A stretch of 28,054 nt of DNA from a virus (lineage: Duplodnaviria > Caudoviricetes), in IMG/VR virus record IMGVR_UViG_3300008266_001258, positions 1-28,054 of that record. One strand, given 5' to 3'. Shown here one piece after another: positions 14,977 through 23,725 of this stretch; positions within the stretch are counted from its first letter, which is position 1; each line of letters begins with the position of its first letter. Below the pieces are notes generated by a model, which worked only from the letters and a program-made list of their open reading frames with translations, ran no database searches and had not been told where the DNA came from. The position numbers and the translations under genes were made by a program.

Positions 14977-16045
14977 ATGAGGTGGTCTCCTGATTGATAA
15001 CCTCGGCCTTAATAGCTCCACCGGACGTCGAGTCATACATACCTACCAGATTGATGGTGATCGCCGCGTCGCCGTCGCTGTCGGTCGGGTCGACACTGGT
15101 GATCCGCGCCTTCGGAATGATGTAGTTGATTGTGTAGTTGTAGCCCGTGCCGGCCAGTGCGGTCGACTTGGCCTTGAAGGTCACATCCGTCAGCTCCTGA
15201 CCGGTGACGTATCGCTCCCACGGAACAACCGTTGAGTCGAGCAGGATGACCAGCTGAGCCGTCACGGTTCGCGATCCCCGGAGCAGCTTGCCAGCAAAGG
15301 CCGGAGTCGTGGTCGTGGAATCATAGGTCAGGGTCTGAGTGCTATCGCCAGGGCAACGATCGTTCAGCCGGAGATTATTGGCAACCTCGACCGACCAGCT
15401 CCGGAGCGTGCATCCTGAGCCCGAGAAGGTCGTCGTACCATCGGCATCGGTCCAGTAAACCTCGACGCCAGCCCCGGTCAAACAGGCCGCGAGATCCATC
15501 GTCGAGGGTAGTGAGGTCAGCCCGTGCGGAGTCGTGAACTTACCGGAACCGACCAGATCCGCCGAGTACTGTGGACGATCCGCTCGATTCTGCGACATCC
15601 GGAACCGGTCGACCACGACGCCAGCGAAGCGATAGCTTGCCCCGCCCAGCTCCGCCGCCATCGAGAAGGATGGATACTGGCGACCACTCGAGATTGAGAG
15701 CATATTGCACGAATGCTTGTAGGCGGTCGTCGCGCCCTGCTGAGCCGTCGTCACCGTACCACCCAAGGCGCGGAGAGCAAGACGGCCAGCGATCCCATAG
15801 TTGATATCATCGGTGAAGGTCGCGGCCGGATGGCTGATGTAGTTCGCACACCACTGCGTCGCGAACTCGTGACCGTTGCCAGGGACTCCGGCATCGTTCA
15901 GAAACTCGATCTGCGGAAGCAGGAAAGACGCCTGCTGACTGCGGATCTTCGCGTAATTGCTGCCAGTGGCAGATCCGTCATTGTATGCGGCCTCCACTGT
16001 CTTCGTGACGTATAGAGCAACGTCATTACTCAAATATTGCGGCAT
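14969..16045 (-). CDS. Major tail tube protein
   Basis: 358 aa, AAGGAGG SD, directly after the tail terminator. Ser/Thr-rich beta protein with YPSFSM, 'WSVEVANNL' and 'IPKARIT' tube-like segments. Confidence 0.8.
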   Translation of the reverse strand: MPQYLSNDVALYVTKTVEAAYNDGSATGSNYAKIRSQQASFLLPQIEFLNDAGVPGNGHEFATQWCANYISHPAATFTDDINYGIAGRLALRALGGTVTTAQQGATTAYKHSCNMLSISSGRQYPSFSMAAELGGASYRFAGVVVDRFRMSQNRADRPQYSADLVGSGKFTTPHGLTSLPSTMDLAACLTGAGVEVYWTDADGTTTFSGSGCTLRSWSVEVANNLRLNDRCPGDSTQTLTYDSTTTTPAFAGKLLRGSRTVTAQLVILLDSTVVPWERYVTGQELTDVTFKAKSTALAGTGYNYTINYIIPKARITSVDPTDSDGDAAITINLVGMYDSTSGGAIKAEVINQETTSYA

Positions 16046-16054
16046 AGTGCCTCC

Positions 16055-16516
16055 TTAGCAAGGGTCAATGGTAATTGAGCCTACGGCGAAATGCAGAAGC
16101 TCGCCGCCATAAACATTCAGATCAATGGTCCATCGAATCGGCTGTCGTCGCTTGAGCTCATTCGGGACCGTCGCGATATCGTCGAGAGCCGCTGTGATCA
16201 GATCGAGCTCCGTGTTAAACGTCAGATCCGAGTTCGCGGTCCTGTTGCCGGTCTGGTAGTAGTGAAGGGCCCAGATGTCATAGGACCAGCTCCGGTCAAC
16301 GCATCGCATCGCCTTCTCGACGCCTTCGTCCTGAGCTCGCGTGATCACATATCCGTGTACTCGGTCGCTGTCCAAAGATGAGCGCATCAGGCCGGGCCAC
16401 ATATCCTGCTTCACGCCAAGGACCCACCAAGGGTAAACGACGGCCAGCGGTGCGGCAGTCGCGATGATGCCCTCGAGCGCTGTCCTGATTTGCTGATCCG
16501 AGTAGGTCGTCGACAT
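16055..16516 (-). CDS. Tail terminator / tail completion protein
   Basis: 153 aa, IRTALEGII N-terminal helix, located between the gp10-like gene and the tail tube gene. TAATG coupling. Confidence 0.65.
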   Translation of the reverse strand: MSTTYSDQQIRTALEGIIATAAPLAVVYPWWVLGVKQDMWPGLMRSSLDSDRVHGYVITRAQDEGVEKAMRCVDRSWSYDIWALHYYQTGNRTANSDLTFNTELDLITAALDDIATVPNELKRRQPIRWTIDLNVYGGELLHFAVGSITIDPC

Positions 16517-16889
16517 TACCGATTCATCCTCACTCGTGTCTGTCCGAGTATCCCGGCGAACTGTGTTCTGACCTTATCAATCGCTGGCGTCACATACGGA
16601 CGCGGCTGCATAAAGCGAGTGCCATATTCCAGATAGGCCGCATAGTCGGCATTGATCGAGATCCGGGCCGATGTCAGCGTCGGCATATCCATATTGATCG
16701 AATTGGTCAAAGTCCCCATATCGACCGCCGGCGCCTCACCTGGAGCAGATGCGATGTGAATCGCCGTCCGTCCTCCATCTCGCTGACGATACCACTGGCC
16801 ATCGCCCGGATTACCGGAGACGCTTGGCCTTGCAAGTCATCCACGACCTGCGAATCAACTTCGACTTCAAAGCGTAGCGGATCAGCCAT
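16516..16889 (-). pseudogene. HK97 gp10-like neck/tail-completion gene split across two frames
   Basis: The 5' part reads MADPLRFEVEV...ASGIVSEM. The -1 frame reads GRTAIHIASAPGEAPAVDMGTLTNSI...YAAYLEYGTRFMQPRPY, which holds the conserved family motifs. The junction is near 16771-16778. Confidence 0.75.
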
Positions 16890-17250
16890 TGTCCGGCTCC
16901 GTACTATTCTCGGCGGGATCGCACGTGATCACCCAGCCGCTGCCCATCTGCTGCATCGGTCTCACGCTGCTGATCCGGTACGACTGCGCCCGGCCATTCG
17001 CGTCGATGACGACCTTGGCCCCGGTATGCAAATTTCGATCAAGCGTGACCGGCGTTACTTCGCTACTCATCCAGATCCGGACGGAAGTGGCTTCATCGCC
17101 AGACTGCCGTTGCGCGTGCCATCCGTTACGCGTGGTGAAGACCTCGACCTCGCCATCCGTTGGAGTCATCCGGTAGAAGGTCAGACTGGCCGACGCGCCA
17201 AACAAGGCACCGCGCATCACATTCAAGGCTGACGCGTTCAGAAGGTTCAT
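16882..17250 (-). CDS. Head closure / head-tail joining protein
   Basis: ATGA overlap with the connector gene at 17247-17250. 122 aa, with a 'YRISSVRP' beta segment. Assigned mainly by synteny. Confidence 0.6.
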   Translation of the reverse strand: MNLLNASALNVMRGALFGASASLTFYRMTPTDGEVEVFTTRNGWHAQRQSGDEATSVRIWMSSEVTPVTLDRNLHTGAKVVIDANGRAQSYRISSVRPMQQMGSGWVITCDPAENSTEPDNG

Positions 17251-17792
17251 CCCCGGACCAGCCTTCCTGAATTGCACAGACCGCTGATCAGCTGCGACAC
17301 GGCGACCGGAAGCCCGGCCTCTTTCGCCGATGGCGCATACTCGATCGATACTCCATCCGCCTGAAACTTGCTGATGCGCTGGCCCTCGTTCGTCTCGAAT
17401 CCCTCGAGGTATGCAATCGCCAGCTCACATTGTGCATCCTTCACGACATCCGGGATCTCGGTTGACTCGTAGTACTCTCCCCAGAATCCCATCGAGAAAT
17501 CGTTCAAACGCTGATTGGCCGTGCCGGTCAGTGCGCTGTCTTTCTTCGGGACTTCGTAGCGCGGCCAGGCCAAGGCCTGAGTCCCGTCAACCTTTGACCC
17601 GCGCCAGTTCTCGCGGTTCAGCCGTCGCGCCGCCATCATCAATGCCCGGATCTTGTTGTCGACCGTGGCCGCGTCAAAGGCATCCGCGTTGATCCGGTTC
17701 TGATCGCGATAATTGGCAAACTCGGCCAGTGTCACATAGGACGTACTGGCCGAGCCTCCCACTGTAGTTATGATGTCGCTTGTGTTCGGCAT
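17247..17792 (-). CDS. Head-tail connector/adaptor (DnaT-like family of phage adaptors)
   Basis: SYVTLAEF..Y, ALMMAARRL, QALAWPR and IPDVVKDAQCELA motifs. Confidence 0.8.
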   Translation of the reverse strand: MPNTSDIITTVGGSASTSYVTLAEFANYRDQNRINADAFDAATVDNKIRALMMAARRLNRENWRGSKVDGTQALAWPRYEVPKKDSALTGTANQRLNDFSMGFWGEYYESTEIPDVVKDAQCELAIAYLEGFETNEGQRISKFQADGVSIEYAPSAKEAGLPVAVSQLISGLCNSGRLVRG

Positions 17793-17802
17793 CGATTACC
17801 AC

Positions 17803-18018
17803 TCACCCCTTCGGCTTTGGCCTCGGTTTCGGTTTACCATATCCCATCTCTGGATCACCTCCCTCTGCCTCATTTGGCTTGAAGGAAGAGGCAGGATCGA
17901 GCACACGCCAACCCGCCGCCTGCATCGACTCCGCCTCTTCGGGGTGGACATCTGCCGTGGTCGGCCCGCCTGGATGGGCTGGCTCTTCACGGTACATTGG
18001 TACCAACTTGACTGACAT
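17803..18018 (-). CDS. Small hypothetical protein following the major capsid gene
   Basis: ATG at 18018 after GGGGGAG. GGPTTADVHPEE....AAGW motif with a Lys/Pro-rich tail. Confidence 0.7.
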   Translation of the reverse strand: MSVKLVPMYREEPAHPGGPTTADVHPEEAESMQAAGWRVLDPASSFKPNEAEGGDPEMGYGKPKPRPKPKG

Positions 18019-18037
18019 ACTCCCCCTCTGCGGATCA

Positions 18038-18055
18038 GGGGCCATTGCTGGCCCC
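18038..18055 (-). terminator. GNRA hairpin after the major capsid gene (partial terminator or mRNA stabiliser)
   Basis: Minus strand GGGGCCA-GCAA-TGGCCCC, about 10 nt after the capsid stop. No U-tract. Confidence 0.55.
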
Positions 18056-18064
18056 GTATCCCAT

Positions 18065-19228
18065 TTACCCGATGAGCGTCGCGATGTGATTCGGCTTCAC
18101 AGCCTTCACACCCCACGCCATACCGACCTCATACGAGATCTGCCGATACTGGCGATAGAGCGCGACCTGGAAGGTCAGGTTCGACACCGGATCAGTGATC
18201 TCGGTCACATCGTCCGCACCGTCACCGCCGGCCGGCATCGCCGGAGCACGAGTGATCAGGTGGAGAGCGTTGCGGTGGAAGGCGACGTTCGGCGTGTAGC
18301 TGTTGCCGACCGCGATCGTGTCGTTATCGACCCACGCGACCCGATTGCCGGGACCGCCGATCGAGAAGACACTCGAAGCCAGAGCCGAGTTGACGACGTA
18401 CTTGTTGGCGTCGCGTCCGGCCTGCGAGTTGGTGATGATGTCACCGGCCAGAATGGTCCCTGACCCGGTATCAACCGCGAACGACGTTGAACCGACCGCA
18501 TATCCGGCGCCCAGGTTCAGCTGATAGCTTGCACCTGATCCCTTCGTGTGGACGGTCACGCCGGCGGAGTTGTGAAGGTTGAGCCCCATCACTTCGCCGA
18601 TCATACCCATTCGCAGGAACTCGGCCGTACCGGCCTCATTGACCTTGAAGAGGACCGACTGCTTACCGCGAAGATTGGCCATCGCCGCGCCGCCGAGAAC
18701 GAGGTGAAGGTCGGTCTGAGGCGATCCGTTGTCATCGAGGATCTGACGAACACCCGCGAAGTCGGAGAGATCGCCAGCCGTGCCGAAGGGTGTAGTTCCC
18801 GCCGTACCGTAAGCACGTGACGCGCCCTTATAGGCAGCGGCCCAGAGATCGGCCTCGATCTCATTGACGAGAGTCCGCATCGCCTGAGTGAACTGGTCGC
18901 GAAGGACGTTGGCAAGCTGCGGACGGTCGCCGTTCGAGATGCTGGTCTGCTCCTCCCCGGTCCAATTGAATGAGACCTTACGCGACTTGCTGATCGTCAT
19001 CGAGCCGCTGCCGACCGTCATATCGGTACCGCTAGACGGAGTAGCAGCTGGAGTGATGTCGGCCGCAGTCATCGAGGGCACGACCGGATAGGTGATGGTC
19101 TGATTGAGTCCGGCTCGCTCCGCAGTTGAATTGCGGAAGGTTGCCGGAATGAAACCAGTGAGCTCACGGGAAACGGTATCCGCCGCCTCGTAGATCACCG
19201 GCAAGATGGAGGAAAGTGTATTAGCCAT
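18065..19228 (-). CDS. Major capsid protein (P22 coat-like, HK97 fold)
   Basis: 387 aa after the scaffold gene, AGGAG SD. MANTL start, AMRTLVNEIEADL, NVAFHRNALHLITRAP, YRQYRQ..YEV..AWGVKAVKP. Confidence 0.88.
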   Translation of the reverse strand: MANTLSSILPVIYEAADTVSRELTGFIPATFRNSTAERAGLNQTITYPVVPSMTAADITPAATPSSGTDMTVGSGSMTISKSRKVSFNWTGEEQTSISNGDRPQLANVLRDQFTQAMRTLVNEIEADLWAAAYKGASRAYGTAGTTPFGTAGDLSDFAGVRQILDDNGSPQTDLHLVLGGAAMANLRGKQSVLFKVNEAGTAEFLRMGMIGEVMGLNLHNSAGVTVHTKGSGASYQLNLGAGYAVGSTSFAVDTGSGTILAGDIITNSQAGRDANKYVVNSALASSVFSIGGPGNRVAWVDNDTIAVGNSYTPNVAFHRNALHLITRAPAMPAGGDGADDVTEITDPVSNLTFQVALYRQYRQISYEVGMAWGVKAVKPNHIATLIG

Positions 19229-19243
19229 TCGGTTCTCCTGATC

Positions 19244-20032
19244 TTACTGATCTGTGATTGACCCGCCTCCTCTGATGAATTCCATCCGCTGAGTGGGAGA
19301 GAGTGCATCGAAGGACTTGCGGCTCATTGCTTTGGCGTTGCCGCCCGCTTTGTTGCCGTTTTGCGCTCCGGAACCTCCCGTCCCTGACGCCTCAAAAGCT
19401 CTACCGAAAATCGGATCATTGCGCATCTCCTCGATCAGATTCTTGATCGTGAAAGGAGTGCCTTTGACATCGGCGATTCGGGGCTGACCTTGAGGGTCGA
19501 GCACTCTGACCGTGTAATCGCCGTCTTCTTCAAAAATCTTTACCCGCTGCATCACGTGCGGGAGTAGCAGGGCCGGAGTACCCTTGAGCTCGGTTATCGC
19601 CGCCGTGGCTTGAGCTTCAATCAGGGATCGCTCGAGCGCGTTCTGCATCAATGCCAGCTTGGCGTCGCGCTCCGAGATCTCCGCGTCGTACTGGCCCTTG
19701 TACTTCGACAAGTCGGCCTGTAGCTGCTTTTTAAGCTGATCCTCGCGAGTCGCCCAGTCGCCGGCCTTCTGTGCCTGGCGTGCCTCGAGCTCTTCGCGTT
19801 CCGCAATCAGCTTCTGATACTGTTCGACATCAATCCCCTCGAATCCCTTGAGCCGCTTTTCGGCTTCCGCCTTCTGCTTGCGCTCTGTCTCGAGAGCCTT
19901 TTTCAATCCGCCGACCTCGTGCGCGAGTTCCGCCTGAAACACGAACTTCCCGTCCTGCTCAAGCAATGAATGGCGCAACCATTCAGGCGCATCGTCTCTG
20001 CTGTCAAATACCTGTTCGATTGGTGGCATCAT
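19244..20032 (-). CDS. Capsid scaffolding protein
   Basis: Coiled coil with GLKKALETERK, LLLPHV, FEASGTGGSGA and a C-terminal 'MSRKSFDALSP'. Lies between portal and capsid genes. Confidence 0.85.
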   Translation of the reverse strand: MMPPIEQVFDSRDDAPEWLRHSLLEQDGKFVFQAELAHEVGGLKKALETERKQKAEAEKRLKGFEGIDVEQYQKLIAEREELEARQAQKAGDWATREDQLKKQLQADLSKYKGQYDAEISERDAKLALMQNALERSLIEAQATAAITELKGTPALLLPHVMQRVKIFEEDGDYTVRVLDPQGQPRIADVKGTPFTIKNLIEEMRNDPIFGRAFEASGTGGSGAQNGNKAGGNAKAMSRKSFDALSPTQRMEFIRGGGSITDQ

Positions 20033-20065
20033 CCCTCCCGGATGGTGAAAGCGGCATCCCGCCGC
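20027..20065 (-). promoter_or_regulatory. Tandem stem-loops over the scaffold translation initiation region
   Basis: GCGGC-GGGAT-GCCGC (20051-20065) and CATCC-GGGAG-GGATG (20030-20044). The second contains the SD and the ATG. Confidence 0.55.
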
Positions 20066-20111
20066 GTGTTGTGATTACCCTGCCACAAGTAGCAGGAAAA
20101 CTTTTTCGGGA

Positions 20112-21533
20112 TTACCCGGCCTGACCACGATTGAACGCGTCAATCAGCTGTCCGCCGATGTTGGCCGCGTCGGCCTCGATGTTGAGTTTTTCTTGCTGCG
20201 GGTCAAAGTCTTCTGGTAGCTTGCCGGCCGCTTGGAAGACCGAATAGATCGTATCGAGCGAGAATACCTTATTCGCGCCTTCGATCCAGACGCGCATCTC
20301 TTCCGGGGTCAGCGTCAGATCGGCCATCGTTGAGCCCAGCGCGATACTGCCAGCCTCGAGCCCCTCATAGGCGGCCGTATACTGGAGCGCAAGCTCGAGC
20401 GCGTCTTGCAGTGATCGGGCAGCGGTAGCCAAGTCCGACTCTTCCTTGATCCCCTCGAGAAGTGTCTCGGTAGCGGTCTGTGCCGTTGGCTTGTTGCCGG
20501 CCAGCAAGGACAAGCCAAGCACGGACATCTGCTTTTCGAGATGCTCGATGTCGGCCTTGGCGGCACCAAGGGCGGCGCCGGTCGTCTCAGCGAAATCAAC
20601 GATCCCGTTCTGGCTGTCCACGTCGAAGAACGTATATGGTCCGATGGCTTCGACCTTGCGATTGATGTCGCGGCCACGGAACCATAGGATCGGCCGGCTG
20701 GCAATATGCAGGTAGGTGGATAGGTCGGAGTACTTCTGGTAGTGAGCCAGGTTGACCAGCGCCAAGTCGAGGAGTGGCGGCTTGCTGGCCATCGGACCAG
20801 TCTTCCGCGAATAGCAGACTGACACCGGGATGTAGGGTAGTCCGGTCGTCCCTTCGGCCTCGAGTATGTATACCGTGTTGCCGGCTGCGTCTTCCTCTTC
20901 TCGGAACAGCTGCCAGCTACCTGGGCGGAGGACTCGATATCGCTCGACCTCTTCTTGCCCGTACTCGCCGTCCGGCTCGTATGACTCTTCCTCGAGGACA
21001 AGCAGCGTCAGCATCTGCTGGCCGTTGATGGTCTCGTGACGCCAGTTGACGATCTGATCGGCATCATACATCACCCAGTAAGGACGACGATTCAAGGCGC
21101 GTTCATCGGCAAGGGTCGCCCCGGCAGGAAGGGCCGGCGGCATATCGACATAGATCAGGGCGTGGCCATACTTGACAGCCGACGTGAACAGCTCTTTCGA
21201 GAAGACCGCGCCGTGAGTCCCAGCGTTGTCGATATTCTCCCACAGTTCAAACAATCGATCCGGATTGTCTCGAGCAAGCTCTGGGTCTTTGCGGAAGACC
21301 ATTCCGACCAGTCCGTGAAGGGTCCGCTCGAAAGCGTTGAAGAAGATTGCCCGACGAAGCCGGATCGCAAAGTCACGCTGATCTTCTGCCGGTTCAAGTG
21401 GAAGCCATTGCGCTCCACCGTCCCGCAGTTCGAGCGTACCACCGGCGACCGCTTCGACGATGTCCCATCGACGCTCCATCTCGTCGTGCTCGTCGCGGTG
21501 ATAGTTTGGCTTGTTCGGGTCTTTTTCGTTCAC
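20112..21533 (-). CDS. Portal protein (DUF4055-type)
   Basis: 473 aa. RLRRAIFFNAF.RT..GLVG.VFRKDP, RPYWVMY....IVNWR, PPLLDLALVNLAHYQ..SD, TATE motifs. GTG start without an SD. Confidence 0.9.
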   Translation of the reverse strand: MNEKDPNKPNYHRDEHDEMERRWDIVEAVAGGTLELRDGGAQWLPLEPAEDQRDFAIRLRRAIFFNAFERTLHGLVGMVFRKDPELARDNPDRLFELWENIDNAGTHGAVFSKELFTSAVKYGHALIYVDMPPALPAGATLADERALNRRPYWVMYDADQIVNWRHETINGQQMLTLLVLEEESYEPDGEYGQEEVERYRVLRPGSWQLFREEEDAAGNTVYILEAEGTTGLPYIPVSVCYSRKTGPMASKPPLLDLALVNLAHYQKYSDLSTYLHIASRPILWFRGRDINRKVEAIGPYTFFDVDSQNGIVDFAETTGAALGAAKADIEHLEKQMSVLGLSLLAGNKPTAQTATETLLEGIKEESDLATAARSLQDALELALQYTAAYEGLEAGSIALGSTMADLTLTPEEMRVWIEGANKVFSLDTIYSVFQAAGKLPEDFDPQQEKLNIEADAANIGGQLIDAFNRGQAG

Positions 21534-21572
21534 GGAGTCAGGGTATAACCAAAGTCTGGAAATTATTTTTTC

Positions 21573-21986
21573 TTACAATAGATTGTGAGTCCGCAACGAT
21601 TCGCCGATCTGATGCGCGATAGCGCCCAGGGCATCGCAGAAGCGCTCCTCGTCAGCATTGGCGGCATCGGGATCGACAGGGTTGTCCACGTCGAGCCCTT
21701 GCCGCCTTGCCCATTCCAGAGCCGCGTGACTGGCCTCGTGGCTGATCGTATCCTGCCCGAGATCGCGCTGGTTGAAGTGAATCTCGCCAAGGTTGCGCGG
21801 TCGTCGCCGGACAGGCCATAGCACACACGCGATGACCTGGCTGACATTCAGCGCCGGATGAGCCGCCTTGATATGCTCACGCATCAATCGCCTTGTAGAC
21901 CAGACGTGGACCGTATACCACTGCGACTCACCTTCAGGATAGACACGGAACGAACATATCACCCCAGGATAGACCGCCTTCGCCAT
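21573..21986 (-). CDS. Putative zincin-type metallopeptidase
   Basis: TISHEASHAAL (HExxH) with a downstream EERFCD third-ligand helix. TAATG coupling to the phosphoesterase gene. Confidence 0.65.
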   Translation of the reverse strand: MAKAVYPGVICSFRVYPEGESQWYTVHVWSTRRLMREHIKAAHPALNVSQVIACVLWPVRRRPRNLGEIHFNQRDLGQDTISHEASHAALEWARRQGLDVDNPVDPDAANADEERFCDALGAIAHQIGESLRTHNLL

Positions 21987-23284
21987 TATGCATCCCCTCC
22001 CATTCTGACCACGGCCTGAGATCCGGCAACTGCCGAGTAATCCTCGTCAGTTGAGGCGACGTGGATCGGCGCCTGAATCGTCACCCCGTGCTTAGCGTCG
22101 GTAATCCAGAACGCTTGCCGTGGCGGCTCGTAGTGGAAGTTCGAGATGTACGCATACTCGTCGTACCCCTTGAGGCTTCCATTCACGATCAGATTCCGGA
22201 TAAAGGACAGCTGATGCCAGTGCCCCATCACAAGGTAGTCATATGGTCGGCTGACCGCCTGTTCGCGCTGGCGTTTCCTGGCGTCGCCAATCATCAGCGG
22301 GGAGAGCAGTCCGGCGATACCAGACCCGCCCCGGAACTGGTCGCCGTGGGTGAGCAGGTATCGGGTATTGTAGACCATGTAAGGCTGATCGGCGGCTTCG
22401 CTGATCGCGAAGCTGATGCCCTTCTCGGTCGATAAGAGCTTGGCGAGTAGATGGTAGAAGAAGTAGTCGAAGTTATCCTGCGCTCGATTCTTGGCGTGAG
22501 GCTTGCGCTGGCGTCGGCCGTGATTGCCGACCACGCAGGGCAGGAAGACACGCCCGAATACGTCGCGAAGATGTCGGATGCCAGCGGCCATCGGCTCCGA
22601 CCAGTAGAGCAGCGATTCGAAGATCGTCGCCGCGTTGGTCTCGACCAGCTCCTCGTGAATGATGCCTGAGAAGAGATCGCCGCCCAGGGGCAGGACCATT
22701 CCTTCGTAGGTCAGGCCGTGCAGGTAGTCGCGGGACAGCTCGACGACGTTATCGAAGAAGTTCCGGAGTCGCTTCTCGGCGATCTCCCGATTGTACGCGT
22801 TGACGTAGTTGACCTGAGCCGGATAGACGACCTCATCGAGGTGAAGGTCGGAGAGGATCGCGGTCGGGATGGCGGATGTATCACCTTTACGGGGCGACTT
22901 GCTGATCCATCGCGGTATCTCGCTCTTGGTCTCCCGGACCATCTTGGCGAACTCCTCCGCCTGGCGGAGCCGATCACGCTCCTGGAGGAGCAGGTCACGT
23001 TCACGGCGAAGCGAGCTGGATTGTCGTCGCAGGTCGGTGGCGGTCGCGGTCTCACCGTTGTCAGCGTCGGTCTTGGCGCGGATCACGGCCGGGGAAGGAT
23101 CGGTCGGACTGGGCAGTCCGGCGATATGGGCGAGCTGACCCGTCCGCCACTTGTGCGCGTACTTGAGGATGGCGTTGTAGCTTCGCCCAGTGTTCTGTGC
23201 AGCGTGTGTGTAGTTGCCATCGGACGCGACCAGTTCGGCGATGATGGCGTGGATCTGATCGTCGGTCAGAGCCTTCATTGGCAT
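21986..23284 (-). CDS. Calcineurin-like metallophosphoesterase with N-terminal HTH-like and coiled-coil regions
   Basis: All five motifs are present: SDLH, GGDLFSG, GNHGR, THGD, MGHWH. N-terminal GNYTHAAQNTGRSYNAI is HTH-like. AGGAGG SD. Confidence 0.88.
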   Translation of the reverse strand: MPMKALTDDQIHAIIAELVASDGNYTHAAQNTGRSYNAILKYAHKWRTGQLAHIAGLPSPTDPSPAVIRAKTDADNGETATATDLRRQSSSLRRERDLLLQERDRLRQAEEFAKMVRETKSEIPRWISKSPRKGDTSAIPTAILSDLHLDEVVYPAQVNYVNAYNREIAEKRLRNFFDNVVELSRDYLHGLTYEGMVLPLGGDLFSGIIHEELVETNAATIFESLLYWSEPMAAGIRHLRDVFGRVFLPCVVGNHGRRQRKPHAKNRAQDNFDYFFYHLLAKLLSTEKGISFAISEAADQPYMVYNTRYLLTHGDQFRGGSGIAGLLSPLMIGDARKRQREQAVSRPYDYLVMGHWHQLSFIRNLIVNGSLKGYDEYAYISNFHYEPPRQAFWITDAKHGVTIQAPIHVASTDEDYSAVAGSQAVVRMGGDA

Positions 23285-23312
23285 AGCGTTACCTCCTGGC
23301 CCTGAGCCTACG

Positions 23313-23371
23313 AAATATTTACAAAAAAAGATTCTAGGGGCATTGACTAATCCGATGGTTTAGAGTACTAT
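23313..23371 (+). promoter_or_regulatory. Strong sigma70-type promoter with UP element and palindromic operator
   Basis: TTGACT (23343-23348), 17 bp spacer, TACTAT (23366-23371), A-tract upstream. Imperfect palindrome CTAA-t-CC-gat-GG-t-TTAG at 23347-23363. Confidence 0.8.
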
Positions 23372-23381
23372 GTATTCACGG

Positions 23382-23411
23382 TGAGGGAAGAAGCCCTCAG
23401 ATCTTTAACAA
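23382..23411 (+). promoter_or_regulatory. Leader hairpin plus boxA-like element
   Basis: TGAGGG-aagaag-CCCTCA followed directly by GATCTTTAACAA, one mismatch from rrn boxA GCTCTTTAACA. Confidence 0.5.
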
Positions 23412-23427
23412 CCAACAGGAGAGCACA

Positions 23428-23676
23428 ATGAAACACGATATGATCATCACCACCACCGGCCTTTCAGTTCCGACCTTCGAAGAGTTGAGCATCAGACCTC
23501 TTGAGAGTCTCTGGATCGACCTGAACAAGCTGGCAACGGACGGATCGGCCAAGGTGAGACAGGCGGCGAATCTGATGATTGAGACCGCGAACTTCTTCGG
23601 TGATCAGACCATCACAGTCGACTTCATCTGGCAGCTGTACAAGGATGAGGTTGCTGAGTCGGGATTGAAATCGTAA
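23428..23676 (+). CDS. Small acidic hypothetical protein (82 aa), antisense to the virion operon
   Basis: AGGAG SD, ATG, directly downstream of the promoter and followed by a terminator. Confidence 0.85.
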   Translation: MKHDMIITTTGLSVPTFEELSIRPLESLWIDLNKLATDGSAKVRQAANLMIETANFFGDQTITVDFIWQLYKDEVAESGLKS

Positions 23677-23682
23677 ACAACG

Positions 23683-23712
23683 AGGGGCCGGGCGACTGGC
23701 CCCTTCTCTTTT
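23683..23712 (+). terminator. Intrinsic terminator between the two cassette genes
   Basis: AGGGGCCGG-GCGA-CTGGCCCCT followed by TCTCTTTT. Confidence 0.7.
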
Positions 23713-23725
23713 GTCTGGAGTACTT

